Shown here: piece after piece, positions 1-12,639 of the stretch | Layout of the letters: each line of letters opens with the position of its first letter | Position numbering within the stretch: the first letter of the stretch is position 1 | Assembly (NCBI RefSeq): GCF_020745735.1 | Contig: NW_026867509.1 | Coordinates: 744,001 to 808,000, forward strand | Reading direction: 5' to 3' | Origin: Hemiscyllium ocellatum | Lineage: Eukaryota | DNA length: 64,000 bases | Position numbers and translations under genes: made by a program | Notes under the pieces: generated by a model | The model's database searches: none | Told to the model about the DNA's origin: nothing | The model's input: the letters and a program-made list of their open reading frames with translations, nothing else

Positions 1-337
1 GAAAAGGGCATTTGTGTTCAGACACAGTATATAATTGTGATGTAGAGAGCTCTGACGATTGGGAGAGTCAGACAGGTTCTCGGGGGACTGCAAATACATA
101 GATGCAGACAAAGACAGTATATGGAAACAGGAAAACAACCGGAAAACGTAATATTCTCTGAACAACAGTGATTGGTGTTCTACTTTCGTCAGCTCTGAGC
201 GGTCAAGCAATCCTGTTTCATCCGAAACGCATCCTCTCTTTTTCCCCAGGACAAAGTGTGCACCTGATCTGACTTCACTGTTCCACATCGGATTGGAGTT
301 CTTATCTTATTTCATAGACTCCGTTATTACTGTGCAA

Positions 338-784
338 ATGTGGAGAAAGAAAATGTTCCTCCCGTACTCCTTACTAATAATAGTGGTGGTGCTGCGTGGT
401 AAGTCTATGTTTAAGCATGCAATATCTCCTACACGAGTGATGTTCCCTCCGAGACATTCGATATATTTGTCTTTTTGCAGGAACTAATGGCGAAGATGCA
501 GTTTTCCAAGATCCACACGAAGTAATGGTCCTGGAGCGAGAGAATATAACATTGAATTGCAGCTACTCGACATCTTCTTTTAAAGCTCTGTTCTGGTACA
601 TTCAGCATCCTGGGGATGAACCGAGATATTTCGTGAAAATATACAGCACGGGGAAGGTAGAAAGGTCTAAAGAATTTCAAGACAGATTCTCTGCTGTTTT
701 GAACAGGCAAAGCCAGACGTTTTCTTTAAAAGTCTCTCCAGTTCTTCTCACCGATAGCGTCATGTATTTCTGTGCCATGGAGCC
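338..784 (+). CDS. TCR alpha/delta-type V segment, apparently functional (leader 338-398, intron 399-480, V exon 481-784)
   Basis: Leader MWRKKMFLPYSLLIIVVVLR with G|GTAAGT donor; acceptor ctttttgcag; open V exon GTNGEDAVFQ...LNC...FWYIQ...DSVMYFCAMEP with Cys23, Trp41 and Cys104; RSS follows. Confidence 0.92.
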
Positions 785-822
785 CACACTGCTGCAGATA
801 TCGTCGTCCCTGCACAAAAACC
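785..822 (+). other. V recombination signal sequence (22-bp spacer)
   Basis: CACACTG + 22 nt + ACAAAAACC directly after CAMEP. Confidence 0.9.
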
Positions 823-2939
823 CACACTGAGAGTTCCAATTTATGTCCAGTTGAGGGTGCTGTCACAACGATAAACCAAAACTATAATCCAGCCTCAAGA
901 ACATTAGACACAGAATCATTCATGAAATATGAAAACAAAGCACAACACTTCTTCTCAAATTTCGCTTGCAATCGCCGGAACATGAAGTTTATAAATTGTG
1001 ATGTTGTACACTGAAGATGTTGCTCGTTGATGAGGTTATGTTGGCCTTTTTTTATATATATTTCTTTTTAGACGTGTCGTAAAGGAAGAGATTCGAACTG
1101 TTCTGAAGGCATCTCATTGAAAAGGCATTTCAACTTTGTTTCAAGAAAAATCTATCTTGCGCAATAAAAGTCAGTAGGCCATTATCCCACTTCAGGTTTT
1201 GGTTTGGTTGGAGCAAGCAATCAATTTGAGGCTGCTGGTCAAATAAACAGCTTCATGATGATCCTTTCTCTTTCTCTTGACATCTCTTCTGTACGAACTT
1301 CCGTTTTATTTTACCTTTTTTTTCAAGGGGAAATTTATGGGGATGCTCCACGTATTTGGAATAGCATCACTAAGTTGCAATAGTGTCCATTGGGTTTTCA
1401 GATAGTTTAAGATACTCTCAATTCTGTTCTCTTTTGTTTGCGTTTCGTTCTTTAGTCTGCAAATAAATTCTATTTTGTTTAAAAATGAGTGATTGGACCA
1501 GTTGCATCACACCTAAAATATTCACTTACAGCTGTTGAAAGCAACCAGAAAAGTTAGGATCTGGGCTGCATTCCTGTAATGATTTGTTGGGTTATGGTCT
1601 GGTCCAGAAAAAGATTCATGTATATTTAGACATCTTTCAAATGTATTTTCCTGTATACTTTACTTGCATCTCTTTCTTCCTGTCTACTGTCTGTTTGTTA
1701 ATCCCGTTGAAAGCTGTTGCTATTCAAGATTATCTGATCAGAACGACACTGCTTCATGAATATTTACATAAAATGAGCACATTTTACAAGTTAAGTTTGA
1801 AATTTTCACTCTCGAGAGCAGACTCCCCACAATTCTGATTGTTTTCTCCGATATCCGTTCATTGCTTTCTGACGATAATCATGAAATAATACTCACCTCT
1901 AAATTGACCGCACAATTGCTACAAGCCCATCTCGACAATATAAGCATTATGCAGGCATTAATGGCGATTGGGATTGGTCTAGTTCATTGAGAGCTAGTCT
2001 CCGTCAGGCAAGCTTCAAAACATTACCTTGTACACAATAATGTGAGCTTTCAGCATCGTGTAATATGACAGAAGGTTCTTCAGGGTTGATTTAAAATGTG
2101 TTTCTTCCAACCTCATATCTCTTACTGAACAATAGTCATTGCAGTCCTCGAGTATTTCCATTACGTGGCGCGAAGAGATGATGAAGGGGATGTGTGCAGT
2201 GCAATTTGGAATAAAAAATAATTTCATCTCATTTCCAAATTGTGATATTCGTCTGAATTGCAAACACTGGTCTTATGTTAATTCTCTTTCATATTTGTTT
2301 GAAATCTGTTCTCTGCCTCAACTTAAGATGTATTCAACTGTTAACACAGGAGGAGGACTGAGTGTTTTGAGCTTTGCTGATGACATTACATGGACTATCT
2401 CTATATCTTCTATGAGGGAATGATTCCAGTCAAGCGATGCTTACGGAGCTGATGTTACTTGTGCTGGCAGGTAATTGGAGCAGTGATCGACAAAAACAAC
2501 AGCGTTCGGGTAGTCAGACATCTTTTTGAAGTGCAGAAAGCGGACTTTGAAGAGTAGCTCGCCAGCATGTTTCAGAGCAACTATTTAAGATGGATATCAG
2601 TCTCACTCATGATTCACCTGTTTTGGTTGAGCGTGATCTACTGGAGGATTCTATTCAATCTGTTTCAGAATGGTGATATTAATCGAGTTGGGATTTAATC
2701 CTTTATAAGCAATAACAAGAATATTGCACCTTCCCCAAAACTTTGATTGGAACTTATCTGACTCAAACACATGTTGGTGTTGGTGTTAATTGTAATTATT
2801 CTTGAGCCTTACTGCATCACTTTTCAAAATTCAGGTAACTGCAGTTTCGAAAGAATAGCAAGGCATTGGAGTTCATAAAATCGATATATATTACGTATTA
2901 GTTTGTAGTATGAACTGAACAAAGACGGTGAGTTTGTTT

Positions 2940-3075
2940 TCAGCGCTCCTGATGAAGGGCTTATACCTAAAACGTCGATTCTCCTGCTTATCGGGTGATG
3001 CCTGACCTGTTGTGTTTTTGTAGCACCACCTTCTCGACTCTCATGTGCAACATCGGCAGTCCTCACTTTTTCCTG
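2940..3075 (+). mobile_element. Solo 3' tail of Neptune-type PLE with degenerate hammerhead motif
   Basis: CTGATGAAGGGCTTATACCTAAAACGTCGATTCTCCTG... matches the tail at 31047-31170; GAAA is mutated to AAAA. Confidence 0.7.
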
Positions 3076-3299
3076 AGTTGGTTTTTACTGCAACAAGGAT
3101 GCTGAAGGAATTCAGTTATTTCAAACAATAAGTATGTTATGTAACAGAAGATGCTTAATTGTTTCCAGGAGACGAACGTTCTATAATCGGAACGACGAAG
3201 GAAAATTGAGTTAATTTAAAGAATTGATGTGCATTAAAATCTGAAATATGTATATTTGTTTGACAGTGCAGTCTCTAACAAGTAAACTGCATAGACGTT

Positions 3300-3560
3300 G
3301 CGTCTGGGTCTGTGCAATTGCGTGGCTCTGCGAGTCTCTCTAAGTGTTTGTCAAGCTCTACGTGTTTCTATACGTATGACTGCGTGTTGGTATGTCAATG
3401 GCTTTATCTGTGTGGGCATCTCTACGTTTATATAATATTTGTGAATCTATGTGCATTTTTTTCTGTATGTGTGTGTGTGCGTGCTTATCTTTATGAGTGT
3501 TTATAACTATTTGCAAAGAAGTGCGTCCTTTCATGTGTATCTGTGCATGCACATCTGCGT
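3300..3560. repeat. Degenerate (TG)n-rich low-complexity tract
   Basis: TG/TGTA-rich sequence similar to the tracts at 10700-10830 and 11750-12000. Confidence 0.55.
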
Positions 3561-6500
3561 GCAATAATTGATAAACTTCATCTCACAGGCTGCATGGATG
3601 TAAAAGTATCAATGACTCTCCATCTAGTCATTAAAATTATATTATGCAGACATCCGCTGCCAATCCGATACAACAACAAAGCAGAGTTTGCAGTGAACAG
3701 GTCTAAAAAAAAGTGGACTCAAATGTTAAATATGTTTCTCTCTCCATAGATGCCATCAGACCGACTCAATATCCAAATTTGAGGTTCTTATTTCCGATTT
3801 CCAGCACTTTCATTTTTTTATTTTCATTACAGTTCCTCCACCGCTCTGGAATGAGATAGAATGATAATTTGTAGAATGCCCCATTTAATTTAAAAGATGG
3901 GAGAAATTCTCCCACTGAATTGGAATTGAATAATTTGCCTTGTCAATCGGTCAGTGGAATAAATAGATCTGATGACTATCGTCAGCCAAGAGACGATGAA
4001 TGTCTCCAGGAGTGAAACAGTCAGACTGTGTTGCAGCTGAGATTATCAATTTGTTAGCATTGTCCTGTAGGTGCCTTGCCTCTGGAACTTTTATGTGAAG
4101 AGTAACAATGTACCAGTCACATCGGTACGTGAAATTACCGAACTTTTTGGCATTTCTCAAATTAATTAAAAATTTTTCATTAGCAAACCAAAGAGGATGA
4201 AGATCTGACATGGAAGTATTCGTAATGTAAGGTGCCCATTTAGTGGCATTGGTGTTCTCTAACAAACAAATTCCCACGCATTGGTCTTACAGGAGAACGA
4301 AAAACACACGATAATTGGTGGAAAGCATCCAAAGAAATAACAGCACATTATTCATTGTGAAGTTTCGAAGGGAATTCTTCATATCCCACCCTCCTCATTT
4401 ACATAACAGGCAATGATAGTTTTGTAAATCAGCACTTGTTTTAAGTGAGAAGCATTCTTGATAGATAATAATTTAAAATACCCAATTTCCAAATTCGTAT
4501 AAATCGTAATTTTTTGTTCTCCTCAGATGTTGATTTTGAAGGTGAAGCGGTGTCTCAAAATTTTAGCTATAATGATCGGCTATATTTTATGCTAATGTTG
4601 GCAACAGCCAGAGTCAGTATACGTGAACACAACAGTGACGACGGCAAAACAGACAAAGCTCCAAACCTTGACTGGAAAAATAAGTTTATCTATTTCTCAA
4701 TGGCAACTGTTGTCTGTTACAAATTTCTGAAAAAATAAAACCAGCCCTATCAGTCGATAAAATCTGGTCAAGGTTGGGAGAGCTCCTGTTTTAGGTGTGC
4801 ATTGTAGAATCGTGGACAAATGTAGCAATAATACGTGATCCTCTCAGTTGGTCAAGGACACTCAATGTCATATCCAAGCTAACGCAATTTCAAACAATCA
4901 CACGGTTGTTTCCCAGAGCAAGTGTGAAATGACCTGCAACGTTCACTCAGACGGAATGACCCAAAACAGGATCAGATGTTTGGGAAGAGGCTCTCGTTTC
5001 CACGGTGAATAATTTGGTGTCATGCCTCTGGATGTTCCCATTTCAACAGGTATGCCTCTCAGGATCTGCGAAAGCTTTCAGTGGCGAGCTGACTGCGCTT
5101 GAATGCTGACATGATAATTAGATGTCCTGATACCAGAGAACCGGGTGAAGCTGAGTTGTGTGGAAATCCTTTTTTGTTAATCGTGATTAGCAAACTCCAA
5201 ATTGTAAACCATGAAATAGAACGATCCAGTAATATGAGAAGATTACTGAAGATCAATGATCATTCAAGATAATTTGCATTTGGATTTTGTTTTCGACATC
5301 ACAGTCACTCCTTGACAAAATCTGCTCGTAGCGTATAAACTGTTTCTTATGCAGCAACAATCTCTGATCAACTAAACCCTATGAAAATGATGGTGTCAAA
5401 TTGGCCGCAAAATTGTCGGGGAAGATGAGTGATACTGCATAATATAATAGGGAGGCAAAGAACATGAACAAAAAATTAAATGCCATTGAAAGTGATCCAA
5501 TAAATTTATGAAAAGTTTTGAATAGTAAGTAATAAATTATATAAATGAGTATACATTTGCAAGTGATCCTCGCCTACTCTTGATGTGGCTTGTTCTTTAC
5601 TATGATTTTTCAGACAATTCCCTGATACTCAAAGAAGAGGTTAAATAACTGCCCAGCTTACAGCGTGAGGGATCCCTCTAGTAGACACTAAGTGGAACTC
5701 TGAGCGTGCACTTTTTTACAGAATAAGCTGTAACTCTGTAGCAGAGTAAGGGTTTCAAAACAATCAAATAAACAACACTTTCGTAAGGAAATTTCCCAGA
5801 GGTGCATAAAGGGACAGGTTTATTTTCTTTGTGAAAAAGTCTTGTAATTCTGGACACGTCAATTTATCCTCCACATTACGTATCTTCAGGAAATATCTCA
5901 GAATTCCCAGGTGACGCTGAATGCATCAGCATATAATTTGGCAACGTAAACATCGGTAAGCACAGTCCAGTTTTATGTTCTCTCCCTCCTGGACGTTAAT
6001 TCAGATTGCAACATTGAGTCATTATCACGCGTTCCTGAGAGGTGCATGCAAAGTACCTCTGCAGTCACACTGTAAAAATAACCCCTAGAAGACACGCCAG
6101 CTACTTAAAGCACATTTAACAATTAACAACATCATTTCTATCAGTAAATAATATATGCAGCCTGTTATGCCTCGTTTACCGCGAGCATCTCCCTTCGGCA
6201 GAATTCGGTTCTCTGTAATAACAAAAGCCCCAATCAACAAAATCTGAAAACGTTAACATCCTCTGATTAGTTCTTTGAATTTCTTAGTGCCTCTTTGTCG
6301 CCATTTTTTTAGCTCGATCTCTGTTTATCTGTTAGGTGAACGTCCTACTGAAATATGCATTATATCTGCCATAAAATGTTTGGCAATATATGCGATATTC
6401 GGAGAGAACAAAGAGCGAGACAGATTTGACCAACGACACCAGCAGGTGGCGAATATTACGTTGTGGTGTTTACACTTCAATTCGGAGCTCAAACTGCATC

Positions 6501-7117
6501 CATAAATGTTCTTTCCCCTTCCTTAAATCCAGTGAAAGAATAATAATCAAAGATCAGAAGGAAAGTAAACCAAATATTGACTGAAGAAGTAAGAAACAGG
6601 AAAATTGAGAGACTCACAATTAAAAGTGAAGCAATGAAGGTGTTCAGTGATACTCTGACAGCACTTGAGGGAAAAAGTAAGAAATTATGTCAGGTTCAAT
6701 AATTTCAAAACTACAATCACTACTTCATATGGAAGTGTGACGGAAATCGCTTCTTTGTGTAGAATTGAATCAGTTGCAATGTAATAAAAGGGAAGCGACT
6801 GTGAGAGAAGGAGGGAGAGAAATCAAGAGAAAGGGGGTGGAGACACAGAAGAGGGAGAGAGATCATTTTCACTTGTAGTTGCAAAAGGACATTATTTGAA
6901 GCAAACCAATCACAGAGTCTGACGTACAATTACGTCTCGTGATGATGACACACAATAATCTGTTCTGCAGCAGGTCCTCAGTCAGACTGTCTCGCGACCA
7001 GGAGATTTGAAAGGTCTCCCCTCTCGCTCACATAGCTACCATTGACATTCTTGGTCCAAGGAGTCAGTTTTGGTCTGGAAACCAACGCTTCATTGTGTCG
7101 CCTCTGTTTTCATCATA

Positions 7118-7545
7118 ATGAACATAAAGATCTGCAATGATCTTTTTCCCGTTGGTGCTCTGATGTTCTTGATATTTTGTGAGTTTGTTTTTCTAATCAG
7201 ATGCCGTGTTTTACCAATATCATAATACCTCCTGATTTTTGATTGACATTTCTTCCATTACAGCATCCCAGTGTGAGGATCAGATCTCACATGTATATGA
7301 GGTGGTGTCAAAGGAAGGGCAGCAGGTTGAACTGGACTGTCAGCTTGTCGTTAGTTCAACAGAAACAGTAGCCTGGTACAGGCAAACACTGATAGGGGCT
7401 CCAACATTTATCGGGTCCATATACCAGGGCAATGAATCTAAAGGTCGATACATGCTGTCCTTAGACCGAGCGAAGAAGTTCAACATCATCTCAATTGATG
7501 ATACCTTGGTCGAGGACGTCGGAATATATTACTGCGCGATGTAAG
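7118..7545 (+). CDS. TCR alpha/delta-type V segment (leader 7118-7178, intron 7179-7263, V exon 7264-7545); germline TAA right after YYCAM
   Basis: Leader MNIKICNDLFPVGALMFLIF with T|GTGAGT; acceptor cattacag; SQCEDQ...VELDC...AWYRQ...EDVGIYYCAM*. Confidence 0.88.
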
Positions 7546-7584
7546 CACAGTAAGACAATGTGTGAATGCCATTGCACAATATCT
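7546..7584 (+). other. V RSS (23-bp spacer)
   Basis: CACAGTA + 23 nt + ACAATATCT. Confidence 0.8.
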
Positions 7585-7914
7585 TGGCGGTGCCATGTCT
7601 CTGCTGCCATGTTTACCTTTATATATGTGTTGAGTATTACACATGATAAAGCTATTTCAGAACGTTTTTTCCTGTTACTGTAGGGTGAAGCTACAAAATC
7701 TTATTAATGATTACTCCAGACAAGTATGGGAAGGGCCATCAATTGATGTTCTCTCTTCTGTTGTGTTATATTTAAAGTTGAATGACAGACAGAAAAACAG
7801 CTTTGCCTTTAATATACCACGACAGAGAGAAATGCTTATTTCACGGACACTTTATTTAGTTCTCGTTAAAGAAACGTTAAGTTGACTTTGTAAACTTCTG
7901 ATCTTGTTTTGCAG

Positions 7915-8195
7915 CTATTCCTTGCCAGTCAGAAGGAGTCCTGATATCTATTTATCAGGGAATAGTCGGACAAAACATTTCACTCCAGCACACCTTTACT
8001 ATTTCCACGAATGACGTTGTGTTCTGGTACAGACAGGTCTCGAAACAAGCTCCCGAGTACCTCGGCTCAACATTCAGGGATGAAAGAATTGAAGGAAGAT
8101 TTAAAATATCTGTCGACCGTAAGAAAGGCTCCACCACTCTGGCTGTTAACACAGTTGAGCTGTCAGACACCGCGGTCTATTACAGTGCAGTCACA
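7915..8195 (+). CDS. TCR V exon, open frame, both canonical cysteines replaced (C23H, C104S); own leader not intact
   Basis: Acceptor ttttgcag at 7914; IPCQSEGV...ISLQHTF...FWYRQ...DTAVYYSAVT with no stop; candidate leader at 7832 (MLISRTLYLVL) has TT instead of GT at the donor. Confidence 0.82.
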
Positions 8196-8234
8196 CACAG
8201 TGAAACAAAAAGAGCATGAGGCTGTACAAGAACT
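8196..8234 (+). other. V RSS (23-bp spacer), consensus heptamer
   Basis: CACAGTG + 23 nt + ACAAGAACT. Confidence 0.9.
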
Positions 8235-10519
8235 TCTCCGGCCTGAGGATTGAGGTGATCACAAGAGAGCAGACTGCTGAGTTAAAAGCAAAGCAAGGAA
8301 AAACTTTCAAATTAGTTTAAAGAAATCTAATTCGCTACAATAGCCAGTTCAGTTTTTATTTTCATTATTTTGTACATAATCAAATCAGACCAGAATAAAA
8401 TATCTCTGTAATTTATCTGAGCTGTGTTCCTTTGTAAATCTTTGCTGCAGAAGTCATCCTAGAGTTTCTCCTGTAGCTGTTTCCTATTCCACGTTCCCAA
8501 ACTCTTTTGCTTGGGACAGCACAGGGAAAGATGTATTTTCTTCTTCATCAATCCATGTTGACTGTGGAAAAATACAATTCAGAAGGGAGATTTGTTTTGA
8601 TTCATTCTCTATTGTACATCACAGTTTCTGATAGGACAGAGAAGATGGACATTTTCTCAGTTCCAAACCTAACATGTTGCTGCTTGATACATTCCAACAT
8701 TGTTGATTTTCAAAATTATAGAAATTATATTTATGAGGATTACCAATATACAAACTAAAATATCTACCACCTTGAATCATGGAATTGTTGAATTTTGATT
8801 GTGGTCCTCATAACTATAACTTGACAAATTTCAAGCTTTCGTTTCTAAATCAATATTCAGTGACTATGCAGGGCACATTATTGGTCTGAAGCTAATCTGT
8901 TTCACTTAAAAGAGCAGTGTTCGTGATCGAATTCAGCAATTCAGGAACTCAGATAAGTCATCGCAGATTTAAATGCAAATTACATAAACAAAGCATATGA
9001 AAGGAATAAATCACGTCAATTACATAAGTCATCATTGCAATGGCAATATGAATGATTTGATGAAATAATAACCCATCGAAGCCATTCAGCAATATTTGAG
9101 AGAAAAATAGAATCGATGCCAAAACATCAGAAATCCACTGAATGTCAGTGCAGTAGATTTGCTGTGACCATAATTTACAGAACTGTCAGTTTACCCCTGC
9201 CCCAGCTGACACCTGGGCATTACAGGAAATAAAATTATGCCATCCTTCACTTTGTTCGATGCTTTAGTTTGGTTCAGGAACTTTGCACAACATGTTCGTG
9301 TGTAGGGCATGAGAGAGTAACGAAGAAAGGAACTTTTTTGAATAAATGCACGTGTGTGCAAATAGACAGGTGCTGTGAAAAAAAGAATTAACAACATCTT
9401 CATCAGCATTCGCTCGCCGAGATGCCATAAGCATGTGCCAATCATTTTATACACAGACGTAATTGGCCAATAAAGTGAATTCTTTTCAATATACCCAGGC
9501 TACCACAACCCTTTAGTGTGACACAGAAAGGCCATTTAATTTCTGGGCGTGACCTAAAGACGTGTAGAAGGAAACGAAACAGTGTTGTCAATTTATTCCG
9601 ATCTGATAATAAGTGCAACTGATCCAAATGCAGTTAAAACAAAAACATATCTAACTTCATCAAGACAGACTTATTAACCGATAGTTGAATGCAGAAAGAG
9701 AAATGATCCAAAATAAGTCAAATCGAGAAGATCTAATGTAATATAATGAGTGTCAAAGTCAAGTCACATATACACATTGACGCTGTCTGGTATAGCATTA
9801 ACAATACTAACAAGTTAACATACTGTAATGGAAATAATTATGTTATCCCATATTGCAATAACTTTATGGCTCAGTGACCCTATGAACAGAAAGTGAGATG
9901 GATCCTTGTGTGATAATCATTGAGGTCAAACGAGTAGAATTATGCTGACGAGATACAGAACCTGAAGAGTCATCGCAATATCTGCACCACCTAAGGTTAA
10001 TCTGGCGATTAAAGAGATACAAACAATTGAAAATACAATCTGTTTCTTGAAGAATGAAATACGATGCAAGGACATCTGTCTGTAATGCACGAAGGTGTGG
10101 GTGCATGGATTATTCAGATTTAAACAAAAAGCAGGGTTTGTTGAAACACCAAGACAGAACGAAGTTAACTTGAAAGTTGAGGAGACAGAGAATTATTAAA
10201 CACATATCAGGGCCTGACTGGCAAGGGCAAAATCATGCCGACAAATCATGAAGGCAAGCATAGGTTCAATACTGATTGGAACCTGGTAAGACTCTGATAC
10301 AGTTAATACTTTCTGAAATTATTATGGCGCCAATATCACCACGGGCAGTTAAAAGACAGAACACCCTCTGTGACTGTTGGAGACGAGCGATTGCACAATA
10401 ATAGTCAGGGCCTGGCGAAAACTAATGCAGGCAGAGTCCAGATAATCCATGCAATTAAATCAGGCCTGTCCCACTATTAATGAGGGTGCATATTTCATTG
10501 ACAACTTAACACACACTAG

Positions 10520-12480
10520 TTTCGCAGCAAATCCGAGTCAAAAGGCATCATTTTTCAGTATATTCCATATGCAACTCTGAATCTGCCAGATGGAGATAAG
10601 TTGTTAAACATGTAAAATGTGCAGTCTTTTTTCGTACAGGCATGTAGCAATGCTTAACAACGCTTAATCCGGTGCATATTACGAAAGTGAAGGAATGCCT
10701 GTCAGTGGATGTGCGTGTGAATATATGTGTGCAGATGCATGTGTATGTGTGTGTCTGAGAGACAATATGTGTCTGAGAGAAAACATGTTTGTAAGAGCGA
10801 GTGTGTGTGTGCATGTGAGTGTGTGTGTGAAGATGTACAGTGCAGTGGAATACTCTGTAGTGTGACATGAACCCAAAATCTCGATTCAGGTCATTCTCAT
10901 GGATACTGAACTTGATGATCAACCTCTGCTCGACTACTCTGTCTTATTTGGATCTAAAGTCCGCCTTGGAAGATGTTCACCCGAAGATCCAAAGCCGAAT
11001 ATACTTCACTGCTGAAGTGTTCCCCGATTGAGAGGGAACATGCTTGGCTGGTGATTGCTACATTGTGTTCATTTATCCACTGTCTTAGGATCCGCGTGGT
11101 CTGGCCAATATACTATGCCTGAGAGCAGCATAGCCTGCAATCTATGAGATAGAAAACGTTGGCTGAATCACGTGAGTTACTGCCACACACGTTGAGGGTA
11201 GTGGCCCAACATTTAACTGTACTATCCATGTCGATGGTCTTACATGCCTTGCTCTTTGTTGGGATGTTTGCTCTTGAGTTCAATGTCGTCTTGAAGGCTG
11301 GGAGTTTTGCTGTGAACAATGGTCTGTTTATGCATCTCTGTCATGACAACCGCTGCAAGACATGACAGAATATCATAACAACTGGGGACGCCATCCACCT
11401 GGTGAGTGGCAGATATTCATGTGACTCAGCCAAAATTGTCGACCTCAAATGTTGCAAGTAAGGTTGCCCTGAGGCATGGTATATTGGCGAGACCAAGAGG
11501 AAGCTACAACAATGGATGAATGGACATCACGCAACAATCTCTAAAAGGGGATGCTCCCTCCCAGATGGGGAACATTTCGTGAGTCAAGAAGGATCGGCCT
11601 CGGATCTTCAGGTGACTATCCACCAAGAAGAACTTTGGGATCCACAACAGTTGTCGAGCAGAGGCTGATAGCCAATTTCGGTATTCATGAGGACAGCTTC
11701 AAAAGGATGTGATTCATGTCACACTCCAGGGTCCTCCACGACACTATACACCCTGACACACACCCTCACACACAGCACATAACCATACACGTACTCATAC
11801 TCTTGGGCACGCGATCACTCTCAGACCCTTCATCATATATATACTGTCTCTCAGACACACTCACACGCACACACTCACACTCACATGCACACCCTCTAAC
11901 AGGCATATACTCCAAAACACTCATGCGCACGCTTTCTCAAGCACACATTCTCCCTCTCCCAAACACACATCGTTTCTCTCTCCCTCACACTCATGCATAC
12001 GCACATAAAATTTGATGGGGTAACATTGCGTCTGCAGATTTGTCTTTGCAAGTGCATTCAATTTTGTTCAAAAACTGTAGACAGTCATTTCCTGTGATAT
12101 TTGAAACTTCCCACTTCGGAAACAGAACCAGTATGACTAATGGTTGGGATACACTAACTACATATCATTAATGTCTGAACTGAGATGTCACTTTTTTAAA
12201 ATAAATCCTTGTTATCTTTGGACTGACTTGAGACCTGTTCTGAGATTTACATATTAATCAATCGAACACTGCATCCTCATTGCAAGTGATTAAAGACTGA
12301 ACAGTAATCGAGTTTTGTGAAATGCATTGCATGATTGGTATGACACTTTAACCTTCATTAGAAGTGTTGCGTTCTATGATCCCGCCACACTGGCTACCTG
12401 ACGAAGAAGCGGCTCACCCACAGCTTGTACATACAGATACACTCGTTGGAAAGTAACCTGCTGTTGTGCGATTTTTAACA
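10520..12480. mobile_element. Old PLE (third family), head-to-head inverted pair: minus arm ~10520-11330, plus arm ~11340-12480
   Basis: Both arms encode degenerate GIY-YIG residues (minus CKTIDMDST...DSANVFYLIDCRLCCSQA; plus ...CPEAWYIGETKRKLQQWMNGH) followed by the same (CA)/(CT)-rich tract. Confidence 0.7.
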
Positions 12481-12639
12481 TTTCAATATAATTATCCTGT
12501 CTGCGCTGGCCTGCAGCATCCCAGTAGCTTACGCGAATTAAGCTACCTCATAGCTTAATGACATCAAGAAGTTTGGGATAAGGATGAATCATGCAATCAT
12601 TTTATAGATTGTCACGTGATGTATCCCTGATTCTCGAGG

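Noticed and set aside
5900-6110. Possible ancient V relic (AKYLCS followed by CACACTG)
   Set aside because: No WYxQ motif, no nonamer, spacing does not fit
7264-8234. NAR-TCR double-V cassette
   Set aside because: No D/J segments or splice donor between the two Vs; neither V looks IgNAR-like
9930-10030. DTEPEESSQYLH, reminiscent of a V FR3 end
   Set aside because: No Cys, no convincing RSS or upstream framework
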